This document shows, in pieces, positions 13,616 to 25,879 of a stretch of DNA of 48,644 nucleotides. Location of the stretch: NCBI RefSeq assembly GCF_006345805.1, contig NW_021834483.1:1-48644 (forward strand), read 5' to 3'. A program made the position numbers and the translations under genes. Within the stretch, counting starts at the first letter, position 1; the number at the start of each line of letters is the position of its first letter. Origin of the DNA: Octopus sinensis. Lineage: Eukaryota. A model generated the notes under the pieces. It was not told where the DNA came from. It searched no databases and saw only the letters and a program-made list of their open reading frames with translations.

Positions 13616-13800
13616 CTCAGAGTGCTCTCATTGACAAGTGTGTTGGGCACATTCAAGGCATGAGGAGAACAGATGTGTGACTGTCTGTAGTCCTCTCCAC
13701 TCCGAATGTCGATTAATACACATTTCCTCTCCTTCAACCAGTCATACATTACATTGCAGCACACTCCTATTATGGCCGGGGTCGTCGTGCACTGCATCCC
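13616..13800 (-). pseudogene. Rhodanese-like domain fragment (USP8-type)
   Basis: MYDWLKERKCVLIDIRSGEDYRQSHI...ALNVP fits the rhodanese LIDxR..xY..SHI..A.NVP pattern. Confidence 0.55.
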
Positions 13801-14594
13801 CCTCCTTCCTTCCTTTCACATACCTCATTTGTTCTTTTTACTGAACACCCGTCCAATCCTCCCACTTGGCTCGCTCATCACTACATTTTTATTCAAATAT
13901 TTATTCAATATTTTCTCCAAGTGGTCTCCAATTCATTCACGGGAACGCGTTCTACATATGCGATTATTAAGTCAATATGACGTCCTGGTCTGTCCATCGA
14001 TTTTTACTGGGCTGTTTGATCCTGAAACAAAGTTTTTCGGCCACATCGTGGACACCTATATATTTGTCGATTACTTGTTTTCTCAGACCCATAGAATACT
14101 TGTTTTATAAAAATATTATGACTGTCTTCAAGACTCCTTAATTTTGTTTAAAGATAGTATTGACTATAAATAATTCACATGCTAATAATCCAATAAAGGA
14201 TACAATGATTGTACAAAATGCTGAATCCCTAAATCCGACAATAAACAACACTTTAGGGAAGAATATAGATCAAAATAAATTAATCAGAATCCAAACTATC
14301 ACTCACCACGCATAAACGAGTTGGTCTTCTCACTGGTGCAAGAAATGGAGAACGCTACAAATATGAACTATCAGTTACAGAAAATGACATTTTCATGACC
14401 AGCGACAAAATTCTCGATCTCTTCGCTCTCGCTACCACACAGACTGCGGTAGGCAAATGAACGAGAACTAAAACGTTTTGCTCCATTTTTGGAAATTCAC
14501 AATTTTTATCATCTCCATTTTTCTGAATATTTCCATCTTCCCTTCCTATAAAGGAAGTAAAGCCAACTTCTTAACTTGTAACATATCACTAAAC

Positions 14595-14635
14595 CAACCC
14601 CAGGGTTCCGCGGACCCCACGTTGGGAACCATGGT
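14595..14635 (+). repeat. Isolated hAT (Charlie-like) terminal sequence
   Basis: GGGTTCCGCGGACCCC..GTTGGGAACCATGG end motif. Confidence 0.4.
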
Positions 14636-14649
14636 CTGGGGTATCACTA

Positions 14650-15020
14650 CAACTTTACATTGGCCAAGTAGTACTCGCAGTCGTACGAATCGAGCAAACT
14701 GTTGCATCTGAGAAATCGAGTTGCAGCCTCCTCTTTAGAGATCCCTCTGTCAATGTAAATGAATCAAGTCAAACTGCAAATCTACGCGCAACGAGTTGAT
14801 CAAAAGTGTATCAGACTCGTATTGTTCTGGGAAGTAGACAGGAAAGCATTCCAGCTCACACAACTCCTCGTCGGAGTACTTGTCTGGTCTGATTCCACAC
14901 TCAATACTTTTTATGAGCAGAGCTGACAGAAAGGTCAGCATAAGTTGTCAGAAGGCTTTGGACAGTTTATTATTGAGCACTGATGTGAGTAAGTGTCTAA
15001 AATGAATAATGTGACCCACC
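14650..15020 (-). pseudogene. Unidentified host-gene fragment with in-frame stops
   Basis: Frame open apart from three stops (HLLTSVLNNKLSKAF*QLMLTFLSALL..DLIHLH*QRDL*RE), preceded by a 23-nt GT-AG candidate intron. Confidence 0.35.
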
Positions 15021-15029
15021 TCCCTACGT

Positions 15030-17075
15030 CGACGGGAGTTCTACGTCGAGAATAGAGTCCCAGGTACGTTGGAGGAGAAATCTTCGGGCCTCTCAGAAAA
15101 GGAGCGATCCCAGGTAGTGAGCCCATTTGAAAAAAGCACCATCCAGGCAAGATCCGAAAGATTTGAGTAGGATCTCAGAAACCAGGTGTGTTGCACTTCG
15201 AAAGGAAGGATAGATATGCCGGAAGTGCCACATCGGATGCAGTGCGGATTCCCGCACCTCCGAATCTCAGTGGGAGCGAGCATTGGGCCCATCCAGGACC
15301 ATCGAGGTGTACATTGAGGACGGATTCGGCAGTCTTTTTCAGGATTACGTCGTGTGCGGCGAGTAGGTCCATATGCAGGAAGCAGGGATTGCTCCTGAGG
15401 GTGAAAATGAGTTTCGGCATATGAATGCTGTTCTTCAGGAGGAAAAAGGCAGTGTGCGAGTCCAAGATAGAAAGATTTGTTGAAAGTCTTTGGAAGTGTT
15501 CGGCTTTGGCGGAAAGCATGCATTGGAGCTTCGTGTCGGACAGGGATCCACCGAGAAAGGTGACATCATCGATTGGGGTAACGTTCGCACAAGGCAGGGT
15601 TGCTCTGAGGCGGGCCACAGCGGATCGGAAATCGGCCCCCGAACACGAGACATTAATGATCTCGGTCTTCTTCGCGTTGACCGAGAGGCCGAGGGTAGCC
15701 AGTGCTGGTACGATGTGTTCGACATCCCGAATAACCTGGTCAGCATGGCCACCCAATGTGGCATCATCAAGATACCACAGATTGAATTGAGAGACAGCAA
15801 GGCGAGCTGCCTCATCGATTGTCATCGCGAAGAGGAGTGGCCCTAGCGGATCACCCTGTTGCACGCCGGTCTCCGAACGGATGATCTCATTCCCGTATAC
15901 AAGACTGCTCTCCGAGCCGTAGGCAAGCGAGACAAGATGGATTATTTCTGGTGCTCTTCGAGCGCATGTTTCCAAAATAGCATCCCGGCGCACGCTGTTG
16001 AAAGCGTTGGTGATATCAAGCTTCACGGCGAAAATCGGTAGTAACTCGTTGGCCCATGTAGAAGAACCCCTGGTGGCAAGAACAGCTCCTTCGCAGCCGC
16101 CACGCACACCAACACCGACTTGCGTAGGCGAAAGCTCGGCCCCGATTCTCGTTGCAACCTTCTGGCAGCGACTTTGCCGCAGAGCCTTCTGAAGTAGTTG
16201 CCAACCGCGATTGGGCGGACACCTCCGTCCGGTTTTTGAAAAGCGTGAAGGTGGGCAGCGAAAAAGAGATTCCTCGCGAAGAAGAGGATGCTTCCGTCGA
16301 TGATCCTTCCGACCAGTTTCGTGATTGAACACAAGAGCCGAGAGCCGGATTCCCCGGTGATCGCAGAAGTCATGTCCTTGATATGCCCGGACGAAGGCCG
16401 TCAATTCCCCCGCTGCTTGCTCCGAAAGATCTGATTCCCGACAGAACTTCTTCCTCAGTGATGATAATCGGTGTGGGGCTTCGGGGGGGAGTCCAAGGCC
16501 TTAGGTCTTCAGGGGCCGGCGGATGCTTTACCTCAGCAGAGTTGATGTTCTGGACGTACACTCGGCAACAGAGTCCCCGGAGCACAAGACTCGGAGGGCA
16601 GCTCTCACGTCTCCTTCGAGGAGCTTTCGATTCACCCGATCGATCATCCTGGCGTCCTGTCCGATGCCATTTTCGCATAAGCCGGACTTCCTCTGAGAGG
16701 AGGGAAGGGTAGGACAAGATTGTCGCATTCCTCGCCAAAGGAAACTGCCCGAGACTTAATTGCGGACGAGATTCCCTTGCGGGATTGGACGGCTCGTGCT
16801 TGTTCCCAGGACGAGAGGTGCAAACAGGAAGATACGGAACCACGGGAGGTCTTCTTCGGAACTGAGTGCTTCTGAGATAATTTGTTCTAGGCAAGAAGCA
16901 GCCGTCAGGCGTGCTTGTTTGGGGATACGGAGAGGGATGTCTCTTGTGCCACGAAGCGAGAACAGAATAAATTCCTCAGTCGAGAGATTGTGGGGGGTAG
17001 TGAGAGAATCCCCGATTTGACCCAGCGCCCTTTGAGTTGAAGAGGCAGCGGGCACAGTGCCATGCGCCCAAGAAT
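15030..17075 (-). mobile_element. CRE-clade non-LTR retrotransposon, frameshifted, truncated at both ends
   Basis: PLRIPKQARLTAA, GGIDGLRP, GGVRPIAVGNYFRRL, QVGVGVRGGCE, KLDITNAFNSVRR, GVQQGDPLGPLLF, WYLDD, LPLRFGGAGIR. WHCARC (PHD tail) at the 5' edge. No RLE domain. Confidence 0.93.
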
Positions 17076-17329
17076 ACGATTTTTGGCTTAATTTTTATTT
17101 TTAAAAAAAATATAAAATCCAGACAATCCGATAGACAATCCCATTAAAATTAATTTAAATTAATAAAAATGAAAAAATAATTAAAATCTATTGCTTATAT
17201 GTCGAGATTTACACTTGGTCGAAACTTGGAGATTACCCATATTTCACCATCGGGAATGTTTCTTCTCTGTCTTTTCTTGACGAGTAATCTTCCTTGGTGG
17301 ACTATATTGTTATGTTCATCTCCTCCAAA

Positions 17330-18160
17330 CAATTTTTATAGATTTGCATTTGCGAGGCCGCTCTACACTAAGTCCTCAAATGAAGTTTGTGAAAACCTTA
17401 TTTTTCTTAAATGGTCCGTGTCAATTTTTCAGTCCGATAATGGGACTGAATTCAAGAATCGTGAAATGACCAATCTATGTGAGGAATTCAATATCAAACG
17501 AATTCACGGAAGGCCAAACAATCCCCGCTCACAAGGGATTGTCGAACGCTTTCAACCAGTCAATTACAAGAAAAATGGCAAAAAATGATCGACAATGATA
17601 ATAAAAAAGTGGCTGGAAAAATTAGAAAATGCAGTGTACAGTTATAACATTCTGTCCACTCATCTTCTAATGAGAGCCCTTTAAAAGATACCGGGGATAA
17701 GTGGAATAATACAATATTTTATGGTTGTAATTATAAAATTATTCCTTAGATAATTCAAGTAATGATTTGTTGAGTCCTGATCAAGTCGATGATGCAAACA
17801 ATTGTCCGAGTCCAATTGAAAATTCATGTAATTTGAATTTCTATATGTAGATGATTGTAATTATTCGTTTACAAGTCCGAAAAGATTGCGACTGAATAAG
17901 TTTGAATCTCCATATTATCATCTGCAGAAATTATCAGTATTTTATCAAACATCGCGTTGAGGTAGTTTAAACATTCAAATTTAATAGATAAAAAATTCGA
18001 TGAGCGAAATTTCGATTGTGCCAATGTCCAGACTTAAAAAATAATTAACAAGTTATTATTCTTTGAAGTTTAATATTAATTACAATATTGACATTAAGTT
18101 AAGCTGCAAAGTCACGTCAGGTATCGCGCGGCCCATAGGTATCACGCAAACCATGTCACA
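17330..18160 (+). mobile_element. Ginger/KRBA2-like DDE integrase transposon, 3' part with right terminus
   Basis: FAFARPL..QSDNGTEFKN..HGRPNNPRSQGIVERF..YSYN; ends ...CCATGTCACA (TGT..ACA termini). Confidence 0.8.
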
Positions 18161-18704
18161 TAATACAATAAGTTGTGCTTTTTTGCTCTGTAGTTTGATA
18201 GATTTCTATTCTGTTTTTTCATTTGATTTTGATTAATGAATAAATCATTCTTTTTAAAACATATTTTTGAAATAATCAGTCAATTTCAAATTTTTCATAT
18301 TTCTTAAATTTTTCCAAGTTGAAATTTAAACTCAATATTTTTAGAGTGTCTCAAAAGATGTATTTTGCGCTACATTTTCCAACCTATTCATCATTTTATA
18401 CGTTTCTAATATCGTTGTTTTGTCCTCTGTGCCAAATCCATTATAAAATTCGCGACTTTTGACTAGATCTTTGTTTTCTCCAGATATTACTTCAGTTATA
18501 TTTCTTCCAGAACTTCTTCCCAGCAATTTTTATCTTCAACTAATTCTTCTCTATTTTCCTTAATTTGCTTCCAGGAGAAAGTCGTCGTTAATCTTTGATA
18601 GTCAAATTGATTTATTTCATTCGAAACTTGCTCTCAGAAGAAGTTTGTAGACACTGCGATTTTAATATTTGTTTGTTTCAATAGAAATTTTAGAATTATT
18701 ATTA

Positions 18705-19580
18705 GAACCAAGATAACCGTCCAAAACATAGAACTAATTAATCAGGTGATCCCGGCTTCTCTGAGAAGGGTCCTCATCTTTGCCCCAGTGCAACTCCATA
18801 GTCCCGACACAATTTACTGTAGGCCCATGGTTCCTTCCTAAGATTTCTTTAAATGAGGCGATGGATAGATGTTCATTCGGTCCTAGTAGTGCTTTCCGAA
18901 ATCTTTCTTGAGTTTTTTCGATTTTTTCACGGTTCGTTTCACTGACAAACCCTCCCCACGCCCCACAAGCATAACTAATCGACGGTTTAATATATTGCCG
19001 GTAGATTGATTGGCGTGTGGGGAAGCTGATCCATTGTTTGCATTTTCGGGGGAACACTTTTAAGATGTTCAGTTTCTTCATGCAGCTAGTTGTAGCATTT
19101 TCAACTTGATGGGAGAAACACATATGATTATCGCGCCGAGGATTTTCTGAGATTTTTTAAAGGGGATTTCCATGTTGTTTAGATATAAGTTCACCACCAT
19201 TGTCCCAAGCTTCCTTGCTGAAGTCCAGAAGCGTAGTGACTGATTTTTCAGGACTCGTTGATATTTGATTTATCGAAAGTCAACTTTCGAGATTGTGGAG
19301 GTAGTTCTGTAGTTTTGAACTTGCTATGTTAACCTCACAGCTCCGAGTAGCAATCACAATATTGTCAGCGTATGATAGTACAATTGAGTCTTTGTCGTTT
19401 GGTAGCGGGAGATCCGATAAGAATGAGTTAAAAAGAACTGGTGAACGGAGTGAGCCTTGAGGGACTGCGTTTGGAAAATATCGTGACATCGATCTTGTAT
19501 TGTTTTGTTGGATCCTGCCTCTTCTGCCGCTGAGGATGTTAGCTAGCCACTTTTTCAGCTTTGGGTGAATAGAAATCTTG
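18705..19580 (-). mobile_element. Decayed LINE RT, diverged relative of the 1-397/8540-9128 family
   Basis: VPQGSLRSPVLFN, YADN, IYRQYIKPSISYACGAWG. Confidence 0.85.
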
Positions 19581-20378
19581 GAATGTATTACACAAAGATA
19601 AGTATAATTTACGTATTTTTATAATAAATTTCAACGGATAACAATATCTATTGTTACAGTAAATAGAGATACCAGGAAATAGCGATCCGAAGTAAAATAA
19701 TTATAAAATTTTATATTGTCCAAATAGAGAAATCTATAAAGACAAATACTGTGCAGGACGATTTTTTCGTTAATTTGATAATTTTATAAATTAATAAATA
19801 GCTTACTACAAAATCTGCTTTAAAATCGTACAGGAATAATGAAAATATTTGCTTAAGAATAGATTCGTTTATTGTTTGAATTGATAAAGTAAAAACTGCT
19901 TTAGATTCAATTAATTTGGAAAGAAACCTTGCATTGATAAAATCATGTTATAGTGACATATTAGATGGATTACATCAATGCCAAGAAACTTTTTTTACCA
20001 TTGAGGATGCCGTTAAATTTATTAATGTAATAAATTTTGGGGATGATCCATGTGGAATATCTAAATATTTCCGTAAAAGAATAGATAAAAATCGATTAAA
20101 AGAAATTTATACTGCTAAGATTGATAATTGTTCACCAGAAGATGTTGGAGAACGATAGAAACTTTAAAAATGATAACATTAAATATTACTTTTCGTTATA
20201 TTACAATAAATTTGAGTGATTAGTTCTAAATATAAGCCTTATTAAAACTATATTAATACATAAAAATAAAAATTTATTAGGTCATATTAAGGGCATATAT
20301 TTTTTCGTTTAAGGTCATATAAGTCATATTTTATCGGTCATATTTGAAATTTTTTAGGTCATATTTGCGGTTGCCCTA
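19580..20378 (+). mobile_element. 3' portion of CGGBP-like hAT element (copy A)
   Basis: Ends in TIR GGTTGCCCTA at 20369-20378, with GTCATAT subterminal repeats. 19883-20378 is near-identical to the reverse complement of 22021-22512. Confidence 0.8.
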
Positions 20379-20386
20379 GTAATAAT

Positions 20387-21065
20387 GTATGTTAATTCGG
20401 ATTTATTTAAAATTGATTTGACGTATTAATTCATTCTTTTTCTTTTTGAGCCATTCCTTAGCTCTCTAACTGCAATCTCTTATCGACCATCACCAATCTG
20501 ATCCTCACTCCAGGATTGTTGTTCCATGGGCACGATTCCGTCGTCCTCAAATTGTCGTAGAGATTTTCGTTGTAGAAAATGAATGACTTCACTAACATCA
20601 CTCTCTTGAAAGTTCATTTCATGTCGGTGCTCCACTAACATGCTTTCAAGAGTTTTCTTTAGTACAATAGATTGAATATATGCCCTCGGAATAGTATCCA
20701 CACCCCAAAATCCACATATGATTTGTAGAATTTACTCACAATTCCCTTCCAAGTCATAATAATAGGGACAATTTTAACTTTCGCTTTGTATATTTGGCAC
20801 AACTCTCCAGCGAGGAGGTCGTATTTATGAAGTTTTTCAATCTCAACCACCTTCAGCATCTCCTGAGAAGTGATTCCGACCTCTACTAAAGTAATCTCCC
20901 TTGTCCTTTTATCGAAAACAAATATGTCCGGCTTGTTATGTTGTACTTTGATGTCTGTCATCAGCGTCGTATCGACTCTAATCTCAACATTCTCAGTTGT
21001 TACTATTGATTGGACTGAGTGAGTCTTCAGTTTCTTTGAATATCTCATGAACTGATGCTCAGCGA
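20387..21065 (-). mobile_element. 3' end of RLE-type non-LTR retrotransposon (R4/NeSL-like)
   Basis: HNKPDIFVFDK..TLVEVGIT..EIEKLHKYDLLA PD-(D/E)xK endonuclease. Confidence 0.85.
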
Positions 21066-21483
21066 ATAGAAAAGCTAAATAGAACAAAAATTAAAAAGGG
21101 GAATTTTAGTTAACTTAAATTAACCCCAGAAGCGACAAAAATTATAAATTTTCTAAAATATTCGCATCATATTTAAATTTAAAAATAGATGTACATTTTC
21201 TCCTTTAAAAGCGAGATTTTTACTGATTCTCTAACTAAACATAATTATAAACCGATTCGAAAAAGTAAACTATTAGAAAAAAATAAATTTTTCAAATGAT
21301 ATAACTCTAATTTACTTTATAAATATACTTTTTGTTTTTTCTAGAACATTTCTTACCGATTAAAAAAGCAATTGTAGTATTTCACCGTCGTTTGTTAGTT
21401 AGTATATTTAAGAAATTGCTAATTTTTATCTGGTTAATTTTTAAGGAATATCAATGTATTTTATGTAAAAAATTATTTATAAT

Positions 21484-21803
21484 TTATCCACCAAATCCAT
21501 AAATTGTCCTACCTTGACGTTTCAAGGCATTAACAAAATCCATTGCGATAACAGTTTTTCTTTTGGCATGTTCAGTGTAAGAAATACAATCACGAACAGT
21601 TTGCTCGATAAAAATTTTAAGGACAGAACGTGTCTCCTCGTAAATTTTTCCAGAAATTCTTTGAACACCTCCTCTTCGACATAGTCTTCTTATTGCTGGC
21701 TTAGTAATTCCTTGTATATTGTCAATTAATATCTTTCGAAATCGTTTTGCACCACTCTTTCCTTCATTCCTTGTATATTTAATTTTCTATTTATAATTTT
21801 CAT
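21484..21803 (-). CDS. H4: Highly divergent histone H4 variant (needs +1 A in a homopolymer to reach the ATG)
   Basis: [95 protein letters not shown] at 21803 gives a 320-nt span, one short of a full frame. Missed by the ORF track. Confidence 0.9.
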
Positions 21804-22020
21804 AAGCTTAACCAGGTTCTCATTTTCTACAACGAAAATCTCTACGACAATTTGAGGACGACGGAATCGTGCCCATGGAACAACAATCCTGGAGTGAGGA
21901 TCAGATTGGTGATGGTCGATAAGAGATTGCAGTTAGAGAGCTAAGGAATGGCTCAAAAGAAAAAGAATGAATTAATACGTCAAATCAATTTAAATAAATC
22001 CGAATTAACATACTTATTAC

Positions 22021-23137
22021 TAGGGCAACCGCAAATATGACCTAAAAAATTCAAATATGACCGATAAAATATGACTTATATGACCTTAAACGAAAAAATA
22101 TATGCCCTTAATATGACCTAATAAATTTTTATTTTTATGTATTAATATAGTTTTAATAAGGCTTATATTTAGAACTAATCACTCAAATTTATTGTAATAT
22201 AACGAAAAATAATATTTAATGTTATCATTTTTAAAGTTCTATCGTTCTCCAACATCTTCTGGTGAACAATTATCAATCTTAGCAGTATAAATTTCTTTTA
22301 ATCGATTTTTATCTATTCTTTTACGGAAATATTTAGATATTCCACATGGATCATCCCCAAAATTTATACATTAATAAATTAACGGCATCCTCAATGGTAA
22401 AAAAAGTTTCTTGGCATTGATGTAATCCATCTAATATGTCACTATAACATGATTTTATCAATGCAAGGTTTCTTTCCAAATTAATTGAATCTAAAGCAGT
22501 TTTTACTTTATCTAAGATTTTCCCTTTTTTGTTAAATTCAGGACCAGAAACTTTTTTTGTTAAACCAATTTAAAACAAAAATCATTTGGAATTGCAATCA
22601 ATTTCGATTGACGCAAGTCGTGTGTTTTACTTCTTTTTTTATGCATTTCCGTCTGTCTGTGTTGTTCCACGTTAAAACTTTTTGAAAAGTTTACCGGAAC
22701 ACAACAGAACTTGCAATTAAGTCCCCCATTAGTACTTCTCGTAAATTCGTGCGGATATTTATTTAATATTTTAGAGAGTTTGAATTCATTAGATTTTTTT
22801 GATTTAGGCATCTATTAATATACCTTTTTTTATATAAAAACCTTTATCTCACTCAACAAAAAACCGATTATATCTCACATTATAAAAAAATAATTTAAAT
22901 ATTATTATTCAAATATTATATTTAAAAAAATAAATATTAATCTAATTCATTAAAATATACAAAAATTTGAATATGACTTTATTTTTATAATATGACTTTA
23001 TTATTGAATATGACTTATATGACCTATTAATAAGTGTTTAAATAGTTAAAAAATATAATTAAAATATTTAATTAATATAAACAAACACAAAATGACCTTA
23101 TTTTGTGATAAGCATTATATGACTTTTGGTTGCCCTA
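22021..23137 (-). mobile_element. Internally deleted hAT with CGGBP1-like zinc finger (copy B)
   Basis: TIRs TAGGGCAACC / GGTTGCCCTA; 8-bp TSD (C/A)TTATTAC; ORF 22560-22811 LNCKFCCVPVNFSKSFNVEQHRQTEMH. Confidence 0.85.
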
Positions 23138-23204
23138 ATTATTACCAATAAACTCATACTTCTGTATCAATCAAATATATCTGGGGAATAAAAGTTCATC
23201 ATCC

Positions 23205-23552
23205 ATTGACAGGCAGACACACCGAGCCCTTATTCGCCCTGTTTGATGACACTTTGGACATACTGGCAAGTCAATTTCCGCAAAAAGGCGTGGAATGAGA
23301 GGAATTTGATTGGCGGTGACAGGCTTGACAGATATTCCGTGTCAAATGGATCAACGTAGTTACAGTTTATACAACAACCAGTCGAATGGAGACAATTTTT
23401 TGAGTTTTTGTAAATTCGAGCGTCGGTTTTCCAGAGAATGACGTCCGCAGGGTCTTCTGAGTTCTCTGGTACGGGAATTGGAGTCATACAAACCCCGGAA
23501 AGTGGCAGAAGAAAAAGAAGTTGGCCATTCCTAACAGTTAGGTGGACAGTTA
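23205..23552 (-). pseudogene. NPLOC4: NPL4 5' piece (end of UBL-like domain plus zinc finger 1)
   Basis: NGQLLFLLP..KTDARIY..CLHSTGCCINCNYVDPFDTEYL..PPIKFLSFHAFLRKLT. Removing intron 23239-23263 gives RKLTCQANKGSVCLPVN, after which homology stops. Confidence 0.88.
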
Positions 23553-24129
23553 CGTAAATCAATTTTTCATATAAAAAATTATTAGTTTAAATACATCAAA
23601 AATTGTTTTAGATGACTGAAAAACAAGATATCGCCAATATAGTGCTGATACAAAAAAATGCGGAAAAAAAGTCAAGTGGAAAAAAGGTCAAGTCGTCTTT
23701 GTTTACTTTATATCGTATCTTTATAGCAACTTTTTTCAATATTTGCCTTTTTTCTATTTTTGAAAAATTTTTTGTGAACAAACGTTCTTTAAAAACTCAA
23801 GTGCTATTGACAGTATGGAATCTAGAAAACTGAGTCGATATTTTAAAGAACAAGTTGAAAATAAAAAAAACCATCCTTCTGAGCTTTTCGAAGTCAAATA
23901 TAACAACATGTTTTTTGAACAATACCTTTGGTTATTTGAAAATATAACCGACACCTACAACCAAGGAGATGAAGGTGATACAAATCTTGGAGCAAGTGTC
24001 TGCTATAACAACTGTCTATTTCATATATGTCTATTTCGTTGAATTTGTTTTTTAAGAATTCTTTAATTAATTAAAGCAAAACTTTTATTTATATAATTTG
24101 CACATTATTTCAGTTTTTTAAAAAAATAT

Positions 24130-24470
24130 TAATTGTTCTTGTGGTGTACGGATGGTTGGCTTTTCGCAGTCTGAAAAGTCATTCCCATGAACGGATCCAC
24201 AGAAATCTTAACAAATGGAACTCAAGAAAGTGTGGACCTGACATTTCATGCTCATCCTGAAGCCTCGGGCAATTGCAATTACAATAACGGACCCCCACAG
24301 ACCCCTTCAACTTTGATTCTCATGAAAGCTATTTGTGAGTCGATCGAATCTTCCAACCCTGGAGAATGGATGTCATCTCTATTGATTTGTGTCAAAGACC
24401 GTCTTAAACGAGTCCCCAGAGGAAGTTGGCCGCTCATTGCTACTTATTTTAATTCCAAACTTGGAAAAAT
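24130..24470 (+). mobile_element. 5' fragment of a further CRE family
   Basis: LKRVPRGSWPLIA equals the CRE N-terminal xRIPKxAR..AA motif; possible frameshifted zinc finger upstream. Confidence 0.55.
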
Positions 24471-24619
24471 GAATTAAATATTTAATTGATATTGGATTAC
24501 CAGTCGAACAAAATTAAAACTATTTATATTTTTTTAAATAAAAATCAAATAAAAAAACACAAAAAGTATTATTATATGATAAAAATACATTTTTATTTTT
24601 GTCCCGTGATAAAATCTCA

Positions 24620-24785
24620 ACTTTATCCCAAAAGCTAACCTAACTTCAACCTTATCCATATCCCTAATTTTAACCATATCCCTAACCTTATCCCTAACCC
24701 TAACCTTTTCCCTATCCCTAACCTCAACCTATCCTTAACCCTTATTTTAACACAAGCCCCAACCCTAATCTATCTCCAACTTTAA
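24620..24785 (+). repeat. Degenerate (CCCTAA)n telomere-like array
   Basis: About 27 hexamer variants (CCCTAA, CCTTAT, CCTCAA, CCCTAT). Confidence 0.8.
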
Positions 24786-24879
24786 TCATAAAATAATGAT
24801 TCTTAGATTAGTACTATTAAAGAATCTTAGTAAGAATTATTTTTTATAAACAAAATCATTAATCAATTTTATAAAGTCT

Positions 24880-25340
24880 CGCAATATTTGTTCCTTTTAC
24901 GACAAATCCTTCTTCAACTTGAATATCAAAATTCATATTTTCTCTGGCAATAACTTTATATTTTTTGTATCAATTTGATCATATAATGGATAATTTCTAT
25001 TCTGTGGATTAGCATCAATATCTTGCCGTAATAGAACATTAGCCCCCACCTTAATCCGCATTATAACACGTGATAAACAACCTTCGAATTTCCATTTCCG
25101 TTTGTTTTTCATTTTTTCTCCTGCTTTCGTTAGATTATCTTATGTTGAAAACAAATTTTTTTGTAATATTTTTATCATCGGTTACTTCATTTTCAACAAA
25201 TTGAATTTCAGTATCAGCATTGTTTCCATTAAACGCACTGAGAGCTTCCATTTCTTCATCACTTGGTGCATAAATGCCTCTTACTCCCATAAAGATATTG
25301 AAAGGAATATGCTTTGTTGTTTCATGTCGTTAACGATTAT
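24880..25340 (-). mobile_element. Decayed PIF1-family helicase fragment (Helitron-like)
   Basis: GCLSRVIMRIKVGANVLLRQDID fits the PIF1 LxLKVGAxVMLxRNID motif. Confidence 0.55.
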
Positions 25341-25429
25341 AGTCGTAAACAATTCCTTAAGAATGAATAATTAAATTTAAACATTATTAAAAAATTTAAA
25401 CATTATTAAAAAATTAAAAAGGTTAGTTA

Positions 25430-25479
25430 CTCTAGAGGGGCCGCAAAAAAATCCTGGGGGCCGCATTTGAGAACCGCTG
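25430..25479 (-). repeat. Orphan 5' terminus of a Buster/SPIN hAT related to 41197-43423
   Basis: Reverse complement CAGCGGTTCTCAAATGCGGCCCC..TTTTTTGCGGCCCC matches 41197-41240. Confidence 0.8.
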
Positions 25480-25489
25480 CTATAGACTC

Positions 25490-25879
25490 TATTCACGTAA
25501 ACAACTACGTCTTTTACACGGAATACACTGTCCATCAAAAATTAACAATCTATCTCTGTATAAACATTACGATGCTACCCCGTTGTCTCAAGAAATCGTT
25601 GAAGGCCGGTGGAAATTATTTGACCATATTTTGCGAATGGACCCCAGAGCTCCGGCCAATCGGGCAATGGACGATTATTTCTCCGAACATGGAGACAAAT
25701 TTCGTGAAAGACCTAGATACACTCTTCCAGCAGTTCTGGAAAGGGATCTCAGACTTCATGGCAAAAGTTTCAAAAACTGGGACGACCTAGAATCTTTGCG
25801 GGATCTCGCCCACAACAGAGGGGCATGGACGAGGATGGTCCGGAAGATTGTTTCGCTTGTGACACGTGTGGGATTATAA
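25490..25879 (+). mobile_element. RTE-like LINE 3' fragment
   Basis: RWKLFDHILRM..PANRAM..RERPRYTLP..LAHNRGAW. Confidence 0.8.

Larger units (their letters stand above)
19883..22512. repeat. ~700-bp near-identical inverted duplication (19883-20582 vs 21820-22512) around a 1.24-kb spacer
   Basis: Direct reading; the arms differ mainly by single-base indels. Confidence 0.92.

Noticed and set aside
15188-17020. Multiple plus-strand ORFs opposite the CRE element
   Set aside because: Antisense shadows of GC-rich coding DNA; the same applies around SAR1 and the 43.3-45.1 kb CRE pieces.
11549-18160. A single 6.6-kb Ginger composite carrying SAR1 between related TIRs
   Set aside because: The two ends match only in two short blocks and the flanks (AATC vs TAAT) give no TSD; they are more likely ends of different copies.
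24620-24785. A true telomere or chromosome end
   Set aside because: The array is short, highly degenerate and interstitial.
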